A stretch of 61,242 bases of DNA from Planctomycetota bacterium (GTDB taxonomy: Bacteria; Planctomycetota; B15-G4; JADJEK01). Below the pieces are notes generated by a model. That model was given only the letters and a program-made list of their open reading frames with translations, did no database searches and had not been told where the DNA came from. Each line of letters opens with the position of its first letter. Positions within the stretch are counted from its first letter, which is position 1. The translations under genes and the position numbers were made by a program. Shown here in pieces: positions 18,501-26,448 of the stretch. The stretch covers positions 1 to 61,242 of the forward strand of contig JBGAIQ010000030.1 of the NCBI GenBank assembly GCA_044225365.1, read 5' to 3'.

Positions 18501-20360
18501 TCATTGGATGCGGATGAAGAGTCGGCGCGAAGGCACGTGCTTGCCGTTGTTCATCGAGAAGACGGCCTGCAGATAGAGCGAGCTCCAGGGCATCTGCGGC
18601 GGCACCTGCATGGGGATCGCCGCGCGATGATAACCGCCGGGCGACGGCTGGAGGACGATTGGAGCGACGGCGATCGGCGAACCGATCGTCAGCGGGCACC
18701 CCTTGGAGAGTGGGATCGTGCCTTTCGATTGCGATGCGCATAGGAATGCGATCGATTGCGAGGTCGGTTTGGACGTCAGCTCGAGGTAGACGCGGGACCC
18801 GGGCGCCGGGCAACCGTAGAGATCGAGCCAGCCGGCGAGCGTGGGGCATTGTCCGCCCGTCTCGATCGATGCGCCGCAGTCGAGATCCACCCGATACGTG
18901 CCGAAGTCGTTTCCACCGGCGTCGAACGGACCGACGTCGAGCGCGAAGAGCGCGTCGCCGCGCAAGAACGCGTTTGCGACCGAGAGGAGTTGGGCCGTCT
19001 CGAACTCCGCCGCGAGCGGAAAGCTCACGTGGGTGCTTCCCGGCTCGTCGAGGATCCCGTTCTGATCCGGATCGCGATCCACGATCGCGATCGATTGCGG
19101 CCCGCGATGGGTGACGGGTGTGGTCGAGGTCGGCGTGCACTGTGTGGCGAAGACGACACGTCGTCCAGTGGCATCGATCGCGAAGTCCAGCATTCCTGGG
19201 AATCCGCCGAACGCATCGGAAACGTCCGGTTCACTACAAGGGCCAGCGGGCTGCGGTGCGACGCGAACGACTTGATGGGTCGCGATCTCGTACGACTCGA
19301 TGATGGGCGTGGCAGCTCCCGTGAAGATCCCGTGCTGTCCCCACTCTCCGCGGTGCGAGAACAGCACGCGCGAACCGTCGTTCGCGAGGTGGACGGCGAT
19401 GGGAAGCGTCGTCGAGTCCGATGCGACGAGTCCACCGAGGGCGCGGCTGATGAACAGGGTCGAGGTCGCTCCGGGCTCGTCGAACACGTGATTTCCGTCG
19501 GGATCGCGGTCGATCAGGTCCACGCGGCCGGCGAAGGGATAGTCGTCCGCCCAGTCGACGAGGAAGTGGCCGCCGCCATGGGGGGAATAGCCGTACGAGT
19601 ACGTCGCGTCCTCCGCCGCATAGGCGACGTATCGACCGTCGCCGCTGATCGATGGATTGCCGCAATCGAGTCCATTCGGAGTGCTCGTGATCGGCGCGCT
19701 CACGACGTGTTCCTTCAGATCGCTCGGCTCGCCAAGGATCCCGTCACCGTCGGCGTCGAGGTCGGCGAGGACGATGGGCCGGCACGTTGGATGAGGGAAT
19801 CCGTACTGCGCGTTGGCGGTGTAGACGACGTAGCGCCCGTCGTTGCTCACGCCAGCGGAGGTCGCCGGGATCGACGGATCGAGAAGTACGATCCTGCGCG
19901 CGAGCGGCTCGTCGTAGATGCCGTCGGCGTCGGTGTCGCGGTCGAGCCAGTACAGGCTTGCGTAGACCGGGCTCGTCGTGTGCCCGGTGTAGTTCATCGC
20001 CGGCGATGAGATGATGACGAAGCGCAGATCGGGAGTCGTCGCGACGATTCGATGTTCGTCGAAGATCCCACCGAGCGGCGCCGGAGCGAATCCCTGGGGC
20101 GTGAGATCGATGGGATGGCTCTCGCCCGTGATCGTGTCGATCGACACGAGGCTCGGGTAGATGGAATAGCAGCAGCCGACGCTGAGATCGTTCACCCGTG
20201 CGAGCAGGTAGCGGCCATCGATCGACACCGCCGACGGTGCGCCGACCATATCGGGGAACGCATCGGATCCGACCCTGCCGAATCGCGGGACTCTCGCGAT
20301 GGCCCGGGTCGTTGGCATCGGTGACTGGAGCAGACTCAGCGCGACGACGATATCGATCAT
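18501..20360 (-). CDS. Secreted TolB-like beta-propeller protein with a C-terminal beta domain
   Basis: S.DGRYV blade motifs; four DRD.D.(D/N)G(I/V).DEP Ca-binding-like loops. Confidence 0.8.
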   Translation of the reverse strand: MIDIVVALSLLQSPMPTTRAIARVPRFGRVGSDAFPDMVGAPSAVSIDGRYLLARVNDLSVGCCYSIYPSLVSIDTITGESHPIDLTPQGFAPAPLGGIFDEHRIVATTPDLRFVIISSPAMNYTGHTTSPVYASLYWLDRDTDADGIYDEPLARRIVLLDPSIPATSAGVSNDGRYVVYTANAQYGFPHPTCRPIVLADLDADGDGILGEPSDLKEHVVSAPITSTPNGLDCGNPSISGDGRYVAYAAEDATYSYGYSPHGGGHFLVDWADDYPFAGRVDLIDRDPDGNHVFDEPGATSTLFISRALGGLVASDSTTLPIAVHLANDGSRVLFSHRGEWGQHGIFTGAATPIIESYEIATHQVVRVAPQPAGPCSEPDVSDAFGGFPGMLDFAIDATGRRVVFATQCTPTSTTPVTHRGPQSIAIVDRDPDQNGILDEPGSTHVSFPLAAEFETAQLLSVANAFLRGDALFALDVGPFDAGGNDFGTYRVDLDCGASIETGGQCPTLAGWLDLYGCPAPGSRVYLELTSKPTSQSIAFLCASQSKGTIPLSKGCPLTIGSPIAVAPIVLQPSPGGYHRAAIPMQVPPQMPWSSLYLQAVFSMNNGKHVPSRRLFIRIQ

Positions 20361-20482
20361 GGATCTTCCCTTCGAAGATGGACGTGTGGCGGCGGTCAGC
20401 GCCTTCCCTTCCTGTCTCTCGTCGGCGCGGCGAACTCGAAACTGAAGCGAATTCGAGTCTTTTCTCAGGGGTGCCTCGGGGC

Positions 20483-20510
20483 TTGACGCATAACCATGTG
20501 GTGATATATT
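20483..20510 (+). promoter_or_regulatory. Sigma70-type promoter with an overlapping ArsR-type palindrome
   Basis: TTGACG-N16-TATATT; imperfect inverted repeat ATAACCA-TG-TGGTGAT between the boxes; ATG 7 nt after the -10. Confidence 0.65.
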
Positions 20511-20517
20511 AGTCGGC

Positions 20518-20889
20518 ATGAGCGAACGCGACGATCGGGCCGTGAAGCGACGCAAGGTGTTTCGCGCCATCGCGGATCCGGCGCGTCGACGAATGCTCGA
20601 TCGACTGCGCGATCACGGCGAGACCGCCGCGCTCGAACTCGGCCGCGACTTCGAGGCGAGCCAGCCGGCGCTCAGTAAGCACCTGAAGATCCTTCGGGAC
20701 GCCGGCCTCGTGCGCGTGCGACGAGACGGACGCATGCAGATGTACTCGCTGAATCCCAAGCCTCTGCTCGAAGTCGTCAGTTGGATCGAGAACTATCGCC
20801 GCTTCTGGGAGGATCGCCTCGACGCTCTCGGGCGACATCTCGACGAGGCGAAGTCGAATCGTGAAGCGAATCGCAAGGAGCGAGCCTGA
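20518..20889 (+). CDS. ArsR/SmtB-family regulator
   Basis: VFRAIADPARRRML...SQPALSKHLKILRDAGLV....GR...Y.L; FWEDRLDAL tail typical of SRPBCC-linked ArsR. Confidence 0.93.
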   Translation: MSERDDRAVKRRKVFRAIADPARRRMLDRLRDHGETAALELGRDFEASQPALSKHLKILRDAGLVRVRRDGRMQMYSLNPKPLLEVVSWIENYRRFWEDRLDALGRHLDEAKSNREANRKERA

Positions 20890-21344
20890 TGAGCGGCATC
20901 CATCTCGAACGCATCTACCCTCACCCGATCGATCGCGTCTGGGAAGCGATCGCGACGGCGCGCGGCCTGTCGGCGTGGTTGATGCCGACCGACTTCGAGC
21001 CGCGCCTCGGCCATCGCTTCCAGTTCCGCTGGAAGAAGATCCCGGGCTGGCGCGGCTACGTCGATTGCGAAGTGCTCGCAATCGAGCCGATGCGTCGAAT
21101 CGTGTTCTCGTGGGTCGGCGACGAGAAGCAGGCGCCCACGACCGTCAGTTTCCAGTTGGAGCGGGTGGGCGAGGGCACGAAGCTCGTGTTCGACCACACG
21201 GGTTTCTCGGGAATCGGCGGCTTCTTCAGCAAGCTGATGATGACGAACGGCTGGAAGAAGAAGATGCTCGACCGTCAATTGAACGCCGTGCTCACCACAC
21301 TGGCATCGCGAGGACCTGGCGCGCTCGTCGCGCTCGTCCCCTGA
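20889..21344 (+). CDS. SRPBCC/AHSA1-domain protein
   Basis: IHLERIYPHPIDRVWEAI....LSAWLMP.DFEP..G; GTKLVFDHTGF. Confidence 0.9.
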   Translation: MSGIHLERIYPHPIDRVWEAIATARGLSAWLMPTDFEPRLGHRFQFRWKKIPGWRGYVDCEVLAIEPMRRIVFSWVGDEKQAPTTVSFQLERVGEGTKLVFDHTGFSGIGGFFSKLMMTNGWKKKMLDRQLNAVLTTLASRGPGALVALVP

Positions 21345-21374
21345 TCCGAACCGAACGAAGATCGGAGCCGAAGG

Positions 21375-21584
21375 ATGAAAGCCGACTACTGGAACGTCGA
21401 CGACGCGCAGGTGATCGAGAAGACGGGCAAATCGCTCGCGCACTGGATGAAGCTGCTCGCGCAGCTCGACGCGGCGAAGAAGAAGTCGAACGACGTCGTC
21501 GCGTTCCTCGTGAAGGACCACGCGGTGCCACGCTACTGGGCGAGGACGCTGACGACCCGTTTCCTGAAGGAGCACGGCGTCTGA
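21375..21584 (+). CDS. DUF4287-like small protein
   Basis: IEKTGKSLAHW..LL; V.FLVKDH.V..YWA. Confidence 0.7.
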   Translation: MKADYWNVDDAQVIEKTGKSLAHWMKLLAQLDAAKKKSNDVVAFLVKDHAVPRYWARTLTTRFLKEHGV

Positions 21585-21674
21585 ACGTTACGGGCCCGTT
21601 GCGGAAGGCGGTCGCGGATCGCCGATAGGATCGACGGGATTCCTACCGATTCGTTCCTGTTTCGAGGCCTCGCG

Positions 21675-23408
21675 ATGTTCGAGCGGCGCGCGTTCTTCGC
21701 CCTTACATGTTGTTTCGCGCTCCTGGTCTCTTGCATCGAATGCGGGCAGGCGGTGCCGAACGCCCCTGCCCCCGCCAACGGAGACTGGATCGCTAATTAC
21801 CAGGACGGCTGTCGGGCGTTGGAGCAAGGCGATCTGGAACGGGCCGAGCGGCTCCTCGCCAGCGCGAGCGCGCAGGAGCCTCGCCACGTCTCGAGCGAAT
21901 ACCAGTTGGCGTGCGTTGCCGCGCGCGGCGGGAAGATCGACGTGGCGTTCTCGCATCTCGCGGCAGCGAAGGCTCGCGGATTCCGCGACGGGGCGCTCCT
22001 CCTCTGGGATGAGGATCTCGCGGCCCTTCGTTCCGATCCACGATTCGCGGGGCTCCGGACCGATCTCGGTTCCAGCGCGCATTCGTCGGCAGGCTCACAT
22101 TCCATTGGCGATCTGGCGTTCTTCACGAGAGGGGTCGAGTCCGGTGCGAGCTCCGCGCCGAAACCGCCGTGGCTCGGCGCGAACGAGATCGTGCTGCATC
22201 CCACGGCGCCGCGAGCCTACATCGCGTGCACCGACGGGAGTGTGCGAGAGGTGGATCTCACGACCGGCGCGACGCGACGCGAGCTGCGGGCCGCAGGTCC
22301 GCCGGCGATCGTCCAACTCGAGATTCAGGACGATGGCGCGAGGCTCTTCGCCATCGATCTGAACGGCATCCTAATCAACTTCGATCTCGGGACGGGCGCG
22401 CTGTCGCGCATCGCTTCGACTAGCGAGGCGGACGGACGCCTCTCTTGGGCCGGATTTCGCGGAGATGCGGAGACCCTCGTCGCACAGCGACAGGACGGGT
22501 CGATCGCGTTCCTCGACGCGGCGACGATGTCGCTCCGTTCCAGTTCGCGACCGCTTCCCGTGGGACCGTCCGCGCTCTGCGCTTCGCCGAACTTCTCGAT
22601 CTGCGCGCACTCCGTCGAGGGCGGCAAGGTCGAGATGTTCGAGATGCCGAGCGGGAAACCGAGCGGGAGAGAGTTTCACGTCGATGGTGAGATCGGAGCG
22701 CTCACGATCGAGGGCCGCGGCCAACGGCTCTTCGTCGGCACGAATCGATCGAAGATCCACGTGTTCGACCTTCGAACCGATGCGCTCGTGAAGATCCTCG
22801 ACGTTCAGGACCTCGATCCGTTCGGGATGGTGGAAATGAGCGATCTCGCGCTCTCGCCGGACGGCGCGCTCGTCGTGTCCGCGAGCTATGGCGTCGCCAC
22901 GATCGCCGCCTTCGACACGAGGACACTCGAACGGAAGTGGCACTTCGAGGGCACGTCGGGCAACGAGTCCGGAGTTCGTGTCCGATTCGATCCCACCGGG
23001 CGGTGGGTGTACGCGTGGGGGCAGGGTCCGGGGTCTGCGCATCTATTCGATGCGATCACGGGCAAGGTCGTCGATGGGTGCGAAGGAAACGATGGCCGTC
23101 GCGCGACGATCGTGATGCCGATCGCGAGCACGAACCTCGCGCTTGCTCTCACGAATCGCGGGATGGAGGTCGTCGACCGGGTCACGGGCGCGTTGCGCTT
23201 CTCACGCAGCGAAACGGCCAACGGCGGATTCCTGCTGTGCTCGCCGAACTTCTATTTCACGGGCGCTCGCGAGGCCATCGAGGCGGCGTTCCTCGTCGTC
23301 GACGACAAGACGACGCCGCTGACCGCGCTTGCGCATCTGCTCCTCGACGTGAAGAAGGTGCGGGCGTCTGCCGCCGGGATCGCCATCCTGCCGCCGCGAG
23401 GCGAGTGA
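21675..23408 (+). CDS. Exported TPR plus WD40/YVTN beta-propeller protein
   Basis: Signal-like N-terminus; YQLACV...GF.D......DEDL..LR.DPRF TPR-end motif; SPDG/DPTGRW blades. Confidence 0.8.
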   Translation: MFERRAFFALTCCFALLVSCIECGQAVPNAPAPANGDWIANYQDGCRALEQGDLERAERLLASASAQEPRHVSSEYQLACVAARGGKIDVAFSHLAAAKARGFRDGALLLWDEDLAALRSDPRFAGLRTDLGSSAHSSAGSHSIGDLAFFTRGVESGASSAPKPPWLGANEIVLHPTAPRAYIACTDGSVREVDLTTGATRRELRAAGPPAIVQLEIQDDGARLFAIDLNGILINFDLGTGALSRIASTSEADGRLSWAGFRGDAETLVAQRQDGSIAFLDAATMSLRSSSRPLPVGPSALCASPNFSICAHSVEGGKVEMFEMPSGKPSGREFHVDGEIGALTIEGRGQRLFVGTNRSKIHVFDLRTDALVKILDVQDLDPFGMVEMSDLALSPDGALVVSASYGVATIAAFDTRTLERKWHFEGTSGNESGVRVRFDPTGRWVYAWGQGPGSAHLFDAITGKVVDGCEGNDGRRATIVMPIASTNLALALTNRGMEVVDRVTGALRFSRSETANGGFLLCSPNFYFTGAREAIEAAFLVVDDKTTPLTALAHLLLDVKKVRASAAGIAILPPRGE

Positions 23409-23495
23409 GCCGCCGAGTACGAAGAAAATCTGCGCGAGCCGTCACACCCGGCCTCTGCGCGTCGTCTTCGTTCATGGTTCCTGATGGAGGTTCCC

Positions 23496-24077
23496 ATGTC
23501 GAGAACGGCTCGGATCGAAGGTTCGAAGGCCAAGGGTCTGATCGCGAGAATCGCGTACTTCTTCGCGCGTCGCGAACTCGGAAACGTCCCGCTGCCGATG
23601 CGGATCGCGGCGCATCACCGACCCTTGTTCACCGGAATGATGCAGATGGAATTCGCGCACCGGCGATCCGCGACTCTGTCCGCGAGGATGAAGTACTTGG
23701 TCCAGCTCCTCGTCGCGAAGCGAATCGGGTGTCCGTTCTGAATGGACATCGGCTCTGCCGTGGGCAGAGGAAAAGGACTGCGACAGGACGATCTCGATCG
23801 CATCGAGGACTATGCGACGGATCCCTCGTTCGACGATCTCGAGCGCGATTGTCTGCTCTACGCCGATCAGGTGACCGCGACGCCGGTCATCGTCGACGAG
23901 GATCTCTTCGAGCGGCTCGCGAGGCGATTCTCGCGCGAACAACTCGTCGAGCTCACGGCGACGATCACCTGGGAGAATCATCGGGCTCGGTTCAACCACG
24001 CGTTCGGTGTACCCAGCGAGGGCTACGCATCCTCGCCGCGGTTTCTCGGACATCCTGCGCTATCGTCGCGAGCATGA
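23496..24077 (+). CDS. AhpD/carboxymuconolactone-decarboxylase-family selenoprotein (CxxU; in-frame UGA at 23739-23741)
   Basis: The two track ORFs are in one frame, separated only by TGA, in LV..RIGCPF*MDIG (family CxxC position). C-terminal L..RFS.EQLVELT..I..EN.RARFN.A motif; GGAGG SD; SECIS-like hairpin downstream of the UGA. Confidence 0.85.
23753..23769 (+). promoter_or_regulatory. Bacterial SECIS-like hairpin
   Basis: CTCTGCC-GTG-GGCAGAG perfect 7-bp stem with a G-containing apical loop, starting 11 nt after the UGA. Confidence 0.72.
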
Positions 24078-24943
24078 GCACGGACGCAGCGATCGGACCT
24101 CTCGACTTCGAAGCCGAGCGGCGGCGACTCTTCCTGCATGCCTACCGGATGTTGTGCTCGGTCGCCGATGCCGAGGACGTGGTGCAGGACGCCTGGATAC
24201 GAATTCAGGGCATACCGCCGCGCGTCATCCACTCGACGCGCGCCTATCTCACGCAGGTCGTCACGTCGCTCTGTCTCGATCGGATGCGCAAGGATCGGGC
24301 GCGTCGGGAGGAGTACGTCGGGCCCTGGTTGCCCGAGCCGTGCGTCACGCGCCTCGACGAAGCTGACGACGAATCGCTCTCGATCGCCTTCCTCACCCTG
24401 CTCGATGTCCTCAAGCCGAACGAACGCGCCGTCTTCTTGCTACGCGACGTCCTCGATCTCGATTTCGCCACGATCGCGCGAGCGATCGGACGGAGCGAGG
24501 CGGCCTGTCGCCAATTGCTGCATCGTGCGCGCGAGCGCGTCGCGCTGTCGAATCGCCCTTATGAAGGTCCGCGGGCCGAGCATGGCCCGTTGATCGAGAG
24601 TTTCTTCGCTGCGATCGGAAGGGGAGACGTCCCGGCGTTGGTCGAACTCCTCGCGACGGATGTCCGGCTCGTCTCCGATGGCGGCGGCAAGGTGACTTCG
24701 TCGCGCGTCCCGATCGAAGGGAGTGCCAAGGTCGCATTGTTCCTCACGAACATCGCGAAGTTCTCGCCGCAGGGCCTCGACGTGCTCCCGGCTACGCTCA
24801 ACGCGGCGCCCGCGGTGCTGTTCCGCGTGGGCGGCAATGTGATCGCGACGTGGATCTTCGAGATCGTGGGTGGGAAGCTCACGCGACTCTACTCGCAGCT
24901 CAACCCCGACAAGCTCGCGCGTGTTGCTTCCCTCACGCAATGA
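24074..24943 (+). CDS. ECF41 (SigJ-like) sigma factor with SnoaL-like C-terminal extension
   Basis: AYRML.SVADAEDVVQDAW; REEYVGPWLPEP; SDGGGK; NPDKL; ATGA overlap with the upstream CMD gene. Confidence 0.93.
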   Translation: MSTDAAIGPLDFEAERRRLFLHAYRMLCSVADAEDVVQDAWIRIQGIPPRVIHSTRAYLTQVVTSLCLDRMRKDRARREEYVGPWLPEPCVTRLDEADDESLSIAFLTLLDVLKPNERAVFLLRDVLDLDFATIARAIGRSEAACRQLLHRARERVALSNRPYEGPRAEHGPLIESFFAAIGRGDVPALVELLATDVRLVSDGGGKVTSSRVPIEGSAKVALFLTNIAKFSPQGLDVLPATLNAAPAVLFRVGGNVIATWIFEIVGGKLTRLYSQLNPDKLARVASLTQ

Positions 24944-26327
24944 TGTCGTGCAACACCTTGCCGTGGACGTCCGTGAGTCGCCGGTCGATGCCGTTGTTGC
25001 GGAACGTCAATTTCTCGTGATCGATTCCGAGGAGGTAAAGGACGGTCGCGTGCAGGTCGTAGTTGTCCGTGGGCTTCTCCACGGCCTTGTAACCGAACTC
25101 GTCGGTCGCCCCGTACGACACGCCGCCCTTGACGCCGCCGCCGGCGATCCAGACCGTGAAGCCGAACGGATCGTGATCTCGCCCTTTTCCGCCCTGACTG
25201 CACGGCATGCGTCCGAATTCGGTGACCCACATCACGATCGTGTCGTCGAGGAGGCCACGCGAACGTAGATCGGTGAGGAGCGCCGCGGCGGGTCGATCCA
25301 TCGACAGCGCCATCGCACCGTGGTCCTTCTTCAGGTCCTCGTGGCTGTCCCAGTTGCGGCGGGGGAAACCGTTGTCCGCGCCGGAGAATAGCTGGACGAA
25401 TCGCACGCCTCGCTCGAGGAGGCGGCGAGCAACGAGGCAACTGCGCCCGAAGTCGGCCGTGGGTGGATCGTCGAGACCGTACAGCTTGCGCACGGACTCC
25501 GGCTCGTCGCCGAGATCGAGGACCTTCGGTGCGGAGAGTTGGAGCCGCGCGGCGAGTTCGTAGGACTCGATGCGCGCGTCGAGTCGGCTGTCGCCTGGGC
25601 GCTCGCTCCGGTGTTCGACGTCGAGCCGCTTCAAGAGCTCGAGCGTATCGCGCTCGTTGCCCGCACTCGCAACCGCGCCGCTGGACGGCGGCGGGAACAG
25701 GTCGGCGATCGGCGTCTTCGAGTTGGGCCGGATCATCGTTCCTTGGTGCGCCGCGGGGAGGAAACCCGCCGCCCAATTCGCGGGGCCGTTCGGCGGGAAC
25801 CCTCGTGAGTCGGGCAGCACCACGAACGACGGTAGGTCGTCGGCGATCCGACCCAGAGCGTAGGAGACCCAACTGCCCATCGACGGGAAGCCGGGGAGCA
25901 CGAACCCCGTCGCTTCGAGGAACGTCGCGGGGCCGTGGACGTTCGACTTCGAGACCATCGAGTGGAGGAACGCGATCTCGTCGACGTGCTCGCGAAGGCA
26001 GGGAACGAGATCGCTGACGTACTTGCCGCAGTCACCCGCGGGCCGGAAGGTCCACGGGCTCGCCATGCACGCGCCGGGATCGCTCTGGAACAGTTCGACC
26101 TTCTCGCCGGGATCGAAGGGCTTGCCATCGAGTTCGACGAGACGCGGTTTGAAATCGAAGGTGTCGACGTGACTCGCGGCTCCCGACATGAAGAGCTGGA
26201 CGACGCGCCGCGCCTTCGCCGGATGATGGAGGCCATCCTTCAGCCCCCGTGCATCGCGCGCGAAGAGGTCGGTCAGCGCGAGCGGCAGGAGGCCGAGGCT
26301 GTTTCGGAGCAGGCGTCGACGATTCAC
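24933..26327 (-). CDS. DUF1501-domain protein
   Basis: HHPAKARRVVQLFMSGAASHVDTFD.KP; ARRLLERGVRFVQ; WDSH; EFGR.P; GRDH; RLTDVHG. Confidence 0.95.
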   Translation of the reverse strand: MNRRRLLRNSLGLLPLALTDLFARDARGLKDGLHHPAKARRVVQLFMSGAASHVDTFDFKPRLVELDGKPFDPGEKVELFQSDPGACMASPWTFRPAGDCGKYVSDLVPCLREHVDEIAFLHSMVSKSNVHGPATFLEATGFVLPGFPSMGSWVSYALGRIADDLPSFVVLPDSRGFPPNGPANWAAGFLPAAHQGTMIRPNSKTPIADLFPPPSSGAVASAGNERDTLELLKRLDVEHRSERPGDSRLDARIESYELAARLQLSAPKVLDLGDEPESVRKLYGLDDPPTADFGRSCLVARRLLERGVRFVQLFSGADNGFPRRNWDSHEDLKKDHGAMALSMDRPAAALLTDLRSRGLLDDTIVMWVTEFGRMPCSQGGKGRDHDPFGFTVWIAGGGVKGGVSYGATDEFGYKAVEKPTDNYDLHATVLYLLGIDHEKLTFRNNGIDRRLTDVHGKVLHDIIA

Positions 26328-26385
26328 TTGGGGCCTCCACGAAGGCTGCGCGCATCCTTCAATCTACCTCGGCCCATCCGAATTC

Positions 26386-26441
26386 GGACCGCCGGGCTCC
26401 GCCCGGCATGTCCGGGGATGCCGGGCAGAACCCGGCGGTCC
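26386..26441. repeat. REP-like inverted doublet
   Basis: GGACCGCCGGGCTCCGCCCGGCAT-N8-ATGCCGGGCAGAACCCGGCGGTCC, 22/24 inverted match; each arm also forms its own hairpin. Confidence 0.7.
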
Positions 26442-26448
26442 TGGAATG

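Noticed and set aside
23484-24077. Two separate small genes, or a nonsense pseudogene
   Set aside because: The stop is UGA at the conserved Cys position with a correctly spaced hairpin, so Sec recoding fits better. A pseudogene cannot be fully excluded without finding sel genes.
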